Source: Azolla caroliniana (lineage: Eukaryota; Plantae; Polypodiophyta). Taken from it: a stretch of DNA of 55,251 nt. The translations under genes and the position numbers were made by a program. Under the pieces are notes generated by a model that had not been told where the DNA came from, made no database searches, and was given only the letters and a program-made list of their open reading frames with translations. The stretch spans positions 1-55,251 of the forward strand of contig JBHGNT010000196.1 in NCBI GenBank assembly GCA_043228905.1, written 5' to 3'. This document shows positions 25,601-39,299 of this stretch, one piece after another; positions within the stretch are counted from its first letter, which is position 1; the number at the start of each line of letters is the position of its first letter.

Positions 25601-28600
25601 GTCATGTCTCTCGACCTGAGTTTCAAAATCTTGATTTTTTAATTCTATATCATAGCTAGCGTTGTTAGCTTCGATTCCAATGTTTGAACACAAAAATCCA
25701 ATATCACACGAGCCAGGTATGAACATTGAAATTTACCTAATAGCTCTTCTTAACTCCCTCCTCAAATTTGGTAATTTCTTCATGTCTGTCGACCTGAGTT
25801 TCAAAATCTTGATTTTTTAATTCCATATCATAGCTAGCGTTGTTAGCTTCGATTCGCATGTTTGAACACAAAAGTCCGATATCACACTCGCTAGGTATGA
25901 CCATTTTAATTTACTCAACGGCTCCTCTAAACTCACTCCTCAAATTTGCTAATTTCGTCATGTCTCTTGACCTGAGTTTCAAAATCTTGATTTTTCAATT
26001 CCATATCATAGCTAGCGTTGTTAGCTTCGATTCACATGTTTGTACACAAAAATCCGATATCACACTCGCTAGGTATGACCATTTTAATTTACTCAAGGGC
26101 TCCTCTCAACTCACTCCTCAAATTTGCTAATTTCGTCATGTCTCTCAACCTGGGTTTCAAAATCTTGATTTTTTAATTCCATATCATAGCTAGCGTTGTT
26201 AGCTTCGATTCGCATGTTTGTACACAAAAATCCGATATCACACGAGCCAGGTATGAACATTTTAATTTACTCAAGGGCTCCTCTCAACTCACTCCTCAAA
26301 TTTGCTAATTTCGTCATGTGTCTCGACCTGAGTTTCAAAATCTTGATTTTTTAATTCCATATCATAGCTAGCGTTGTTAGCTTAGATTCGCATGTTTGTA
26401 CACAAAAATCCGATATCACACTCGCTAGGTATGACCATTTTAATTTACTCAAGGGCTCCTCTCAACTCACTCCTCAAATTTGCTAATTTCGTCATGACTC
26501 TCGACCTGAGTTTCGAAATCTTGCTTTTTTAATTCTATATCATAGCTAGCGTTGTTAGGTTTGATTCGCATGTTTGAACACAAAAATCCGATATCACACT
26601 CGCTAGGTATGAACATTGTAATTTACCTACTAGCTCTTCTCAACTCCCTCCTCAAATTTGGTAATTTCGTCATGTCTCTCGACCTGAGTTTCAAAATCTT
26701 GATTTTTTAATTCCATATCATAGCTAGCGTTGTTAGCTTCGATTCGCATGTTTGTACACAAAAATCCGATATCACACTCGCTAGGTATGACCATTTTAAT
26801 TTACTCAAGGGCTCCTCTCAACTCACTCCTCAAATTTGCTAATTTCGTCATGTCTCTCGACCTGAGTTTCAAAATCTTGATTTTTTAATTCTATATCATA
26901 CCTAGCGTTGTTAGCTTCGATTCCAATGTTTGAACACAAAAGTGCGATATCACACTCGCTAGGTATGAACATTTTAATTTACTCAAGGGCTCCTCTCAAC
27001 TCACTCCTCAAATTTGCTAATTTCGTCATGTCTCTCCACCTGAGTTTCAAAATCTTGATTTTTCAATTCCATATCATAGCTAGCGTTGTTAGCTTCGATT
27101 CACATGTTTGTACACAAAAATCTGATATCACACTCGCTAGGTATGACCATTTTAATTTACTCAAGGGCTCCTCTCAACTCCCTCCTCAAATTTGGTAATT
27201 TCGTCATGTCTCTCGACCTGGGTTTCAAAATCTTGATTTTTTAATTCCATATCATAGCTAGCGTTGTTAGCTTCGATTCGCATGTTTGTACACAAAAATC
27301 CGATATCACACGAGCCAGGTATGAACATTTTAATTTACTCAAGGGCTCCTCTCAACTCACTCCTCAAATTTGCTAATTTCGTCATGTCTCTCGACCTGAG
27401 TTTCAAAATCTTGATTTTTTAATTCCATATCATAGCTAGCGTTGTTAGCTTAGATTCCATGATTGTACACAAAAATCCGATATCACACTCGCTAGGTATG
27501 ACCATTTTAATTTACTCAAGGGCTCCTCTCAACTCACTCCTCAAATTTGCTAATTTCGTCATGACTCTCGACCTGAGTTTCGAAATGTTGCTTTTTTAAT
27601 TCTATATCATAGCTAGCGTTTTTAGGTTTGATTCGCATGTTTGAACACCAAAATCCGATATCACACTCGCTAGGTATGACCATTTTAATTTACTCAAGGG
27701 CTCCTCTCAACTCACTCCTCAAATTTGCTAATTTCGTCATGACTCTCGACCTGAGTTTCAAAATCTTGCTTTTTTAATTCTATATCATAGCTAGCGTTGT
27801 TAGGTTTGATTCGCATGTTTGAACACAAAAATCCGATATCACACGAGCTAGGTATGAACATTTTAATTTACTCAAGGGCTCCTCTCAACTCACTCCTCAA
27901 ATTTGCTAATTTTGTCATGTCTCTCGACCTCAGTTTCAAAATCTTGATTTCTTAATTCCATATCATAGCTAGCGTTGTTAGCTTCGATTCGCATGTTTGA
28001 ACACAAAAATCCGATATCACACTCGCTAGGTAAAACCATTTTAATTTACTCAAGGGCTCCTCTCAACTCACTCCTCAAATTTGCTAATTTCGTCATGTCT
28101 CTCAACCTGAGTTTCAAAATCTTGATTTCTTAATTCCATATCATAGCTAGCGTTGTTAGCTTCGATTCGCACGTTTGAACACAAAAATCCGATATCACAC
28201 TCGCTAGGTATAACCATTTTAATTTACTCAAGGGCTCCTCTCAACTCACTCCTCAAATTTGCTAATTTCGTCATGTCTCTCGACCTTAGTTTCAAAATCT
28301 TGATTTTTTAATTCCATATTATAGCGAGCATTGTTAGCTTCGATTCGCATGTTTGAAGACAAAAATCCGATATCACACTCGCTAGGTATGACCATTTTAA
28401 TTTACTCAAGGGCTCCTCTCAACTCCCTCCTCAAATTTGGTAATTTCGTCATGTCTCTCGACCTGGGTTTCAAAATCTTGATTTTTTAATTCCATATCAT
28501 AGCTAGCGTTGTTAGCTTCGATTCGCATGTTTGTACACAAAAATCCGATATCACACGAGCCAGGTATGAACATTTTAATTTACTCAAGGGTTCCTCTCAA

Positions 28601-30099
28601 CTCACTCCTCAAATTTGCTAATTTCGTCATGTCTCTCGACCTGAGTTTCAAAATCTTTATTTTTTAATTCCATATCATAGCTTGCGTTGTCAGCTTCGAT
28701 TCGCATGTTTGAACACAAAAATCCAATATCACACGAGCCAGGTATGAACATTTTAATTCACTCACGCGCTCTTCCAACCTCACTCCTCAAATTTGGTAAT
28801 TTCTCCATGTCTCTCGACTTGAGTTGCAAAATCTTGATTTTTGAATTCCATATCATAGCTAACGTTGTTAGCTTCGATTCGCATGTTTGAACACAAAAAT
28901 CCGATATCACACGAACCAGGTATGAACATTATAATTTACCTACTAGCTCTTCTCAACTCCCTCCTGAAATTTCGAAATTTCGTCATGTCTCTCGACCTGA
29001 GTTTCAAAATCTTGATTTTTTAATTCCATATCATAACTAGCGTTGTTAGCTTCGATTCGCATGTTTGTACACAAAAATCCGATATCACACTCGCTAGGTA
29101 TGACCATTTTAATTTACTCAAGGGCTCCTCTCAACTCACTCCTCAAATTTGCTAATTTCGTCATGTCTCTCGACCTGAGTTTCAAAATCTTGATTTTTTA
29201 ATTCCATATCATAGCTAGCGTTGTTAGCTTCGATTCGCATGTTTGAACACAAAAATCCGATATCACACTCGCTAGGTATAACCATTTTAATTTACTCAAG
29301 GGCTCCTCTCAACTCACTCCTCAAATTTGCTAATTTCGTCATGTCTCTCGACCTTAGTTTCAAAATATTGATTTTTTAATTCCATATCATAGCTAGCGTT
29401 GTTAGCTTCGATTCGCATGTTTGTACACAAAAATCCGATATCACACGAACCAGGTATAAACATTGTAATTTACTCAAGGGCTTCTCTCAACTCACTCCTC
29501 AAATTTGCTAATTTCGTCATGTCTCTCGACCTGACTTTCAAAATATTGATTTTTTAATTCCATATCATAGCTAGCGTTGTTAGCTTCGATTCGCATGTTT
29601 GAACACAAAAATCCGATATCACACGAGCCAGGTATGAACATTTTAATTTACTCAAGGGCTCCTCTCAACTCCCTCCTCAAATTTGCTAATTTCGTCATGT
29701 GTCTCGACCTTAGTTTCAAAATCTTGATTTTTTAATTCCATATCATAGCTAGCGTTGTTAGCTTCGATTCGCATGTTTGTACACAAAAGTGCGATATCAC
29801 ACTCGCTAGGTATGAACATTTTAATTTACTCAAGGGCTCCTCTCAACTCACTCCTCAAATTTGCTAATTTCGTCATGTCTCTCCACCTGAGTTTAAAAAT
29901 CATGATTTTTCAATTCCATATTATAGCTAGCGTTGTTAGCTTCGATTCACATGTTTGTACACAATAATCCGATATCACACTCGATAGGTATGACCATTTT
30001 AATTTACTCAAGGGCTCCTCTCAACTCACTCCTCAAATTTGCTAATTTCGTCATGTCTCTCGACCTGAGTTTCAAAATCTTGATTTTTTAATTCTATAT

Positions 30100-32600
30100 C
30101 ATACCTAGCGTTGTTAGCTTCGATTCCAATGTTTGAACACAAAAGTGCGATATCACACTCGCTAGGTATGAACATTTTAATTTACTCAAGGGCTCCTCTC
30201 AACTCCCTCCTCAAATTTGGTAATTTCGTCATGTCTCTCCACCTGAGTTTCAAAATCTTGATTTTTCAATTCCATATCATAGCTAGCGTTGTTAGCTTCG
30301 ATTCACATGTTTGTACACAAAAATCCGATATCACACTCGCTAGGTATGACCATTTTAATTTACTCAAGGGCTCCTCTCAACTCCCTCCTCAAATTTGGTA
30401 ATTTCGTCATGTCTCTCGACCTGGGTTTCAAAATCTTGATTTTTTAATTCCATATCATAGCTAGCGTTGTTAGCTTCGATTCGCATGTTTGAACAGAAAA
30501 ATCCGATATCACACGTGCCAGGTATGAACATTTTAATTTACCTACTAGCTCTTCTCAACTCCCTCCTCAAATTTGGTAATTTCGTTATGTTTCTCGACCT
30601 GGGTTTCAAAATCTTGATTTTTTAATTCCATATCATAGCTAGCGTTGTTAGCTTCGATTCGCATGTTTGTACACAAAAATCCGATATCACACTCGCTAGG
30701 TATGACCATTTTAATTTACTCAAGGGCTCCTCTCAACTCACTCCTCAAATTTGCTAATTTCGTCATGTCTCTCGACCTGGGTTTCAAAATCTTGATTTTT
30801 TAATTCCATATCATAGCTAGCGTTGTTAGCTTCGATTCGCATGTTTGTACACAAAAATCCGATATCACACTCGCTAGGTATGACCATTTTAATTTACTCA
30901 AGGGCTCCTCTCAACTCACTCCTCAAATTTGCTAATTTCGTCATGTCTCTCGACCTGAGCTTCAAAATCTTGATTTTTTAATTCTATATCATAGCTAGCG
31001 TTGTTAGCTTCGATTCGCATGTTTGAACACAAAAATCCGATATCACACGAGCCAGGTATGAACATTTTAATTCACTCACGCGCTCTTCCAACCTCACTCC
31101 TCAAATTTGGTAATTTCTTCATGTCTCTCGACTTGAGTTGCAAAATCTTGATTTTTTAATTCTATATCATACCTAGCGTTGTTAGCTTCGATTCCAATGT
31201 TTGAACACAAAAGTGCGATATCACACTCGCTAGGTATGACCATTTTAATTTACTCAAGGGCTCCTCTCAACTCCCTCCTCAAATTTGGTAATTTCGTCAT
31301 GTCTCTCCACCTGAGTTTCAAAATCTTGATTTTTCAATTCCATATCATAGCTAGCGTTGTTAGCTTCGATTCACATGTTTGTACACAAAAATCCGATATC
31401 ACACTCGCTAGGTATGACCATTTTAATTTACTCAAGGGCTCCTCTCAACTCCCTCCTCAAATTTGGTAATTTCGTCATGTCTCTCGACCTGGGTTTCAAA
31501 ATCTTGATTTTTTAATTCCATATCATAGCTAGCGTTGTTAGCTTCGATTCGCATGTTTGAACAGAAAAATCCGATATCACACGTGCCAGGTATGAACATT
31601 TTAATTTACCTACTAGCTCTTCTCAACTCCCTCCTCAAATTTGGTAATTTCGTTATGTTTCTCGACCTGGGTTTCAAAATCTTGATTTTTTAATTCCATA
31701 TCATAGCTAGCGTTGTTAGCTTCGATTCGCATGTTTGTACACAAAAATCCGATATCACACTCGCTAGGTATGACCATTTTAATTTACTCAAGGGCTCCTC
31801 TCAACTCACTCCTCAAATTTGCTAATTTCGTCATGTCTGTCTACCTGAGCTTCAAAATCTTGATTTTTTAATTCCATATCATTGCTAGCGTTGTTAGCTT
31901 CGATTCGCATGTTTGAACACAAAAATCCGATATCACACGAGCCAGGTATGAACATTTTAATTCACTCACGCGCTCTTCCAACCTCACTTCTCAAATTTGG
32001 TAATTTCTTCATGTCTCTCGACTTGAGTTGCAAAATCTTGATTTTTTAATTCTATATCATACCTAGCGTTGTTAGCTTCGATTCCAATGTTTGAACACAA
32101 AAGTGCGATATCACACTCGCTAGGTATGACCATTTTAATTTACTCAAGGGCTCCTCTCAACTCCCTCCTCAAATTTGGTAATTTCGTCATGTCTCTCCAC
32201 CTGAGTTTCAAAATCTTGATTTTTCAATTCCATATCATAGCTAGCGTTGTTAGCTTCGATTCACATGTTTGTACACAAAAATCCGATATCACACTCGCTA
32301 GGTATGACCATTTTAATTTACTCAAGGGCTCCTCTCAACTCCCTCCTCAAATTTGGTAATTTCGTCATGTCTCTCGACCTGGGTTTCAAAATCTTGATTT
32401 TTTAATTCCATATCATAGCTAGCGTTGTTAGCTTCGATTCGCATGTTTGAACAGAAAAATCCGATATCACACGTGCCAGGTATGAACATTTTAATTTACC
32501 TACTAGCTTTTCTCAACTCCCTCCTCAGATTTGGTAATTTCGTTATGTTTCTCGACTTGGGTTTCAAAATCTTTATTTTTTAATTCCATATCATAGCTAG
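30100..32600. repeat. Imperfect 6-mer/5-mer higher-order repeat
   Basis: ACAGAAAAATCCGATATCACACGTGCC at 30493, 31561 and 32451 (offsets 1068 and 890); ORFs 30111/31179/32069 show the same offsets. Confidence 0.82.
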
Positions 32601-35600
32601 CGTTGTTAGCTTCGATTCGCATGTTTGAACACAAAAATCCGATATCACACGAGCCAGGTATGAACATTTTAATTTACCTACTAGCTCTTCTCAACTCCCT
32701 CCTCAAATTTGGTAATTTCGTGATGTCTCTCGACCTTGGTTTCAAAATCTTGATTTTTTAATTCCATATCAGAGCTAGCGTTGTTAGCTTCGATTCGCAT
32801 GTTTGAACACAAAAATCCGATATCACACGAGCCAGGTATGAACATTGTAATTTACTCAAGGGCTCCTCTCAACTCACTCCTCAAATTTGGTAATTTCGTC
32901 ATATCTCTCGACCTGACTTTCAAAATATTGATTTTTTAATTCCATATCATAGCTAGCGTTGTTAGCTTTGATTCGCATGTTTGAACACAAAAATCCGATA
33001 TCACACGACCAGGTATGAACATTTTAATTCACTCACGCGCTCTTCCAACCTCACTCCTCAAATTTGGTAATTTCTTCATGTCTCTCGACTTGAGTTGCAA
33101 AATCTTGATTTTTTAATTCCATATCATCGCTAGCGTTTTTAGCTTCGATTCGCAGGTTTGAACACAAAAATCCGATATCACACGAACCAGGTATGAACAT
33201 TATAATTTACCTACTAGCTCTTCTCAACTCCCTCCTGAAATTTGGAAATTTCGTCATGTCTCTCGACCTGAGTTTCAAAATCCTTATTTTTTTATTCCAT
33301 ATCATAGATAGCGTTGTTAGCTTCGATTCGCATGTTTGTACACAAAAATCCGATATCACACTCGCTAGGTATGACCATTTTAATTTACTCAAGGGCTCCT
33401 CTCAACTCACTCCTCAAATTTGGTAATTTCGTCATGTCTCTCGACCTGAGTTTCAAAATCTTGATTTTTTAATTCTATATCATAGCTAGCGTTGTTAGCT
33501 TCGATTCCAATGTTTCAACACAAAAATCCGATATCACACGAGCCAGGTATGAACATTGTAATTTACCTAATAGCTCTTCTTAACTCCCTCCTCAAATTTG
33601 GTAATTTCTTCATGTCTCTCGACCTGAGTTTCAAAATCTTGATTTTTTAATTCCATATCATAGCTAGCGTTGTTAGCTTCGATTCGCATGTTTGTACACA
33701 AAAATCCGATATCACACTCGCTAGGTATGACCATTTTAATTTACTCAAGGGCTCCTCTCAACTCACTCCTCAAATTTGCTAATTTCGTCATGTCTCTCGA
33801 CCTGAGTTTCAAAATTTTGATTTTTTAATTCTATATCATACCTAGCGTTGTTAGCTTCGATTCCAATGTTTGAACAGAAAAGTGCGATATCACACTCGCT
33901 AGGTATGACCATTTTAATTTACTCAAGGGCTCCTCTCAACTCACTCCTCAAATTTGCTAATTTCGTCATGTCTCTCTACCTGAGCTTCAAAATCTTGATT
34001 TTTTAATTCCATATCATTGCTAGCGTTGTTAGCTTCGATTCGCATGTTTGAACACAAACATCCGATATCACACGAGCCAGGTATGAACATTTTAATTCAC
34101 TCACGCGCTCATCCAACCTCACTCCTCAAATTTGGTAATTTCTTCATGTCTCTCGACTTGAGTTGCAAAATCTTGATTTTTTAATTCTATATCATACCTA
34201 GCGTTGTTAGCTTCGATTCCAATGTTTGAACACAAAAGTGCGATATCACACTCGCTAGGTATGACCATTTTAATTTACTCAAGGGCTCCTCTCAACTCCC
34301 TCCTCAAATTTGGTAATTTCGTCATGTCTCTCCACCTGAGTTTCAAAATCTTGATTTTTCAATTCCATATCATAGCTAGCGTTGTTAGCTTCGATTCACA
34401 TGTTTGTACACAAAAATCCGATATCACACTCGCTAGGTATGACCATTTTAATTTACTCAAGGGCTCCTCTCAACTCCCTCCTCAAATTTGGTAATTTCGT
34501 CATGTCTCTCGACCTGGGTTTCAAAATCTTGATTTTTCAATTCCATATCATAGCTAGCGTTGTTAGCTTCGATTCACATGTTTGTACACAAAAATCCGAT
34601 ATCACACTCGCTAGGTATGACCATTTTAATTTACTCAAGGGCTCCTCTCAACTCCCTCCTCAAATTTGGTAATTTCGTCATGTCTCTCGACCTGGGTTTC
34701 AAAATCTTGATTTTTTAATTCCATATCATAGCTAGCGTTGTTAGCTTCGATTCGCATGTTTGAACAGAAAAATCCGATATCACACGTGCCAGGTATGAAC
34801 ATTTTAATTTACCTACTAGCTTTTCTCAACTCCCTCCTCAGATTTGGTAATTTCGTTATGTTTCTCGACTTGGGTTTCAAAATCTTTATTTTTTAATTCC
34901 ATATCATAGCTAGCGTTGTTAGCTTCGATTCGCATGTTTGAACACAAAAATCCGATATCACACGAGCCAGGTATGAACATTTTAATTTACCTACTAGCTC
35001 TTCTCAACTCCCTCCTCAAATTTGCTAATTTCGTCATGTCTCTCTACCTGAGCTTCAAAATCTTGATTTTTTAATTCCATATCATTGCTAGCGTTGTTAG
35101 CTTCGATTCGCATGTTTGAACACAAAAATCCGATATCACACGAGCCAGGTATGAACATTTTAATTCACTCACGCGCTCTTCCAACCTCACTTCTCAAATT
35201 TGGTAATTTCTTCATGTCTCTCGACTTGAGTTGCAAAATCTTGATTTTTTAATTCTATATCATACCTAGCGTTGTTAGCTTCGATTCCAATGTTTGAACA
35301 CAAAAGTGCGATATCACACGAGCCAGGTATGTCTCTCGACCTTGGTTTCAAAATCTTGATTTTTTAATTCCATATCAGAGCTAGCGTTGTTAGCTTCGAT
35401 TCGCATGTTTGAACACAAAAATCCGATATCACACGAGCCAGGTATGAACATTGGAATTTACTCAAGGGCTCCTCTCAACTCACTCCTCAAATTTGGTAAT
35501 TTCGTCATATCTCTCGACCTGACTTTCAAAATATTGATTTTTTAATTCCATATCATAGCTAGCGTTTTTAGCTTCGATTCGCAGGTTTGAACACAAAAAT

Positions 35601-36059
35601 ACGATATCACACGAACCAGGTATGAACATTATAATTTACCTACTAGCTCTTCTCAACTCCCTCCTGAAATTTGGAAATTTCGTCATGTCTCTCGACCTGA
35701 GTTTCAAAATCTTGATTTTTTTATTCCATATCATAGCTAGCGTTGTTAGCTTCGATTCGCATGTTTGTACACAAAAGTGCGATATCACACTCGCTAGGTA
35801 TGACCATTTTAATTTACTCAAGGGCTCCTCTCAACTCACTCCTCAAATTTGGTAATTTCGTCATGTCTCTCGACCTGAGTTTCAAAATCTTGATTTTTTA
35901 ATTCTATATCATAGCTAGCGTTGTTAGCTTCGATTCCAATGTTTCAACACAAAAATCCGATATCACACGAGCCAGGTATGAACATTGTAATTTACCTAAT
36001 AGCTCTTCTTAACTCCCTCCTCAAATTTGGTAATTTCTTCATGTCTCTCGACGTGAGTT

Positions 36060-39000
36060 TCAAAATCTTGATTTTTTAATTCCATATCATAGCTAGCGTT
36101 GTTAGCTTCGATTCGCATGTTTGTACACAAAAATCCGATATCCCACTCGCTAGGTATGACCATTTTAATTTACTCAAGGGCTCCTCTCAACTCACTCCTC
36201 AAATTTGCTAATTTCGTCATGTCTCTCGACCTGAGTTTCAAAATCTTGATTTTTTAATTCTATATCATACCTAGCGTTGTTAGCTTCGATTCCAATGTTT
36301 GAACACAAAAGTGCGATATCACACTCGCTAGGTATGACCATTTTAATTTACTCAAGGGCTCCTCTCAACTCACTCCTCAAATTTGCTAATTTCGTCATGT
36401 CTCTCCACCTGAGTTTCAAAATCTTGATTTTTCAATTCCATATCATAGCTAGCGTTGTTAGCTTCGATTCACATGTTTGTACACAAAAATCCGATATCAC
36501 ACTCGCTAGGTATGACCATTTTAATTTACTCAAGGGCTCCTCTCAACTCCCTCCTCAAATTTGGTAATTTCGTCAAGTCTCTCGACCTGGGTTTCAAAAT
36601 CTTGATTTTTTAATTCCATATCATAGCTAGCGTTGTTAGCTTCGATTCGCATGTTTGTACACAAAAATCCGATATCACACGAGCCAGGTATGAACATTTT
36701 AATTTACTCAAGGGCTCCTCTCAACTCACTCCTCAAATTTGCTAATTTCGTCATGTCTCTCGACCTGAGTTTCAAAATCTTGATTTTTTAATTCCATATC
36801 ATAGCTATCGTTAGCTTAGATTCGCATGTTTGTACACAAAAATCCGATATCACACTCGCTAGGTATGACCATTTTAATTTACTCAAGGGCTCCTCTCAAC
36901 TCACTCCTCAAATTTGCTAATTTCGTCATGTCTCTCGACCTGAGTTTCGAAATCTTGCTTTTTTAATTCTATATCATAGCTAGCGTTGTTAGGTTTGATT
37001 CGCATGTTTGAACACAAAAATCCGATATCACACTCGCTAGGTATGACCATTTTAATTTACTCAAGGGCTCCTCTCAACTCACTCCTCAAATTTGGTAATT
37101 TCGTCATGACTCTCGACCTGAGTTTCAAAATCTTTCTTTTTTAATTCTATATCATAGCTAGCGTTGTTAGCTTAGATTCGCATGTTTGTACACAAAAATC
37201 CGATATCACACTCGCTAGGTATGACCATTTTAATTTACTCAAGGGCTCCTCGCAACTCACTCCTCAAATTTGCTAATTTCGTCATGTCTCTCGACCTGAG
37301 TTTCAAAATCTTGATTTTTTAATTCTATATCATACCTAGCGTTGTTAGCTTCGATTCCAATGTTTGAACACAAAAGTGCGATATCACACTCGCTAGGTAT
37401 AACCATTTTAATTTACTCAAGGGCTCCTCTCAACTCACTCCTCAAATTTGCTAATTTCGTCATGTCTCTCGACCTGACTTTCAAAATCTTGATTTTTTAA
37501 TTCCATATCATAGCTATCGTTAGCTTAGATTCGCATGTTTGTACACAAAAATCCGATATCACACTCGCTAGGTATGACCATTTTAATTTACTCAAGGGCT
37601 CCTCTCAACTCACTCCTCAAATTTGCTAATTTCGTCATGTCTCTCGACCTGAGTTTCAAAATCTTGATTTTTTAATTCCATATCATAGCTAGCATTGTTA
37701 GCTTCGATTCGCATGTTTGAACACAAAAAACCGATATCACACGAGCCAGGTATATACATTGTAATGTACCTAATAGCTCTTCTTAACTCGCTCCTCAAAT
37801 TTGCTAATTTCGTCATGTCTCTCGACCTGAGTTTCAAAATCTTGATTTTTTAATTCCATATCATAGCTAGCGTTGTTAGCTTCGATTCGCATGTTTGTAC
37901 ACAAAAATCCGATATCACACTCGCTAGGTATGACCATTTTAATTTACTCAAGGGCTCCTCTCAACTCACTCCTCAAATTTGCTAATTTCGTCATGTCTCT
38001 CGACCTGAGTTTCAAAATCTTGATTTTTTAATTCTATATCATACCTAGCGTTGTTAGCTTCGATTCCAATGTTTGAACACAAAAGTGCGATATCACACTC
38101 GCTAGGTATGACCATTTTAATTTACTCAAGGGCTCCTCTCAACTCACTCCTCAAATTTGCTAATTTCGTCATGTCTCTCCACCTGAGTTTCAAAATCTTG
38201 ATTTTTCAATTCCATATCATAGCTAGCGTTGTTAGCTTCGATTCACATGTTTGTACACAAAAATCCGATATCACACTCGCTAGGTATGACCATTTTAATT
38301 TACTCAAGGGCTCCTCTCAACTCCCTCCTCAAATTTGGTAATTTCGTCAAGTCTCTCAACCTGGGTTTCAAAATCTTGATTTTTTAATTCCATATCATAG
38401 CTAGCGTTGTTAGCTTCGATTCGCATGTTTGTACACAAAAATCCGATATCACACGAGCCAGGTATGAACATTTTAATTTACTCAAGGGCTCCTCTCAACT
38501 CACTCCTCAAATTTGCTAATTTCGTCATGTCTCTCGACCTGAGTTTCAAAATCTTGATTTTTTAATTCCATATCATAGCTATCGTTAGCTTAGATTCGCA
38601 TGTTTGTACACAAAAATCCGATATCACACTCGCTAGGTATGACAATTTTAATTTACTCAAGGGCTCCTCTCAACTCACTCCTCAAATTTGCTAATTTCGT
38701 CATGTCTCTCGACCTGAGTTTCGAAATCTTGCTTTTTTAATTCTATATCATAGCTAGCGTTGTTAGGTTTGATTCGCATGTTTGAACACAAAAATCCGAT
38801 ATCACACTCGCTAGGTATGACCATTTTAATTTACTCAAGGGCTCCTCTCAACTCACTCCTCAAATTTGGTAATTTCGTCATGACTCTCGACCTGAGTTTC
38901 AAAATCTTTCTTTTTTAATTCTATATCATAGCTAGCGTTGTTAGGTTTGATTCGCATGTTTGTACACAAAAATCCGATATCACACTCGCTAGGTATGACC

Positions 39001-39180
39001 ATTTTAATTTACTCAAGGGCTCCTCTCAACTCACTCCTCAAATTTGCTAATTTCGTCATGTCTCTCGACCTGAGTTTCAAAATCTTGATTTTTTAATTCT
39101 ATATCATACCTAGCGTTGTTAGCTTCGATTCCAATGTTTGAACACAAAAGTGCGATATCACACTCGCTAGGTATGACCAT
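36060..39180. repeat. Duplication at 10-monomer (1774 bp) spacing
   Basis: CGTCAAGTCT at 36571 and 38345, TCTTTCTTTT at 37131 and 38905, 3-bp deletion at 36809 and 38583; offset 1774 = 10 x 178 - 6. Confidence 0.85.
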
Positions 39181-39299
39181 TTTAATTTACTCAAGGGCTC
39201 CTCTAAACTCACTCCTCAAATTTGCTAATTTCGTCATGTCTCTTGACCTGAGTTTCAAAATCTTGATTTTTCAATTCCATATCATAGCTAGCGTTGTTA

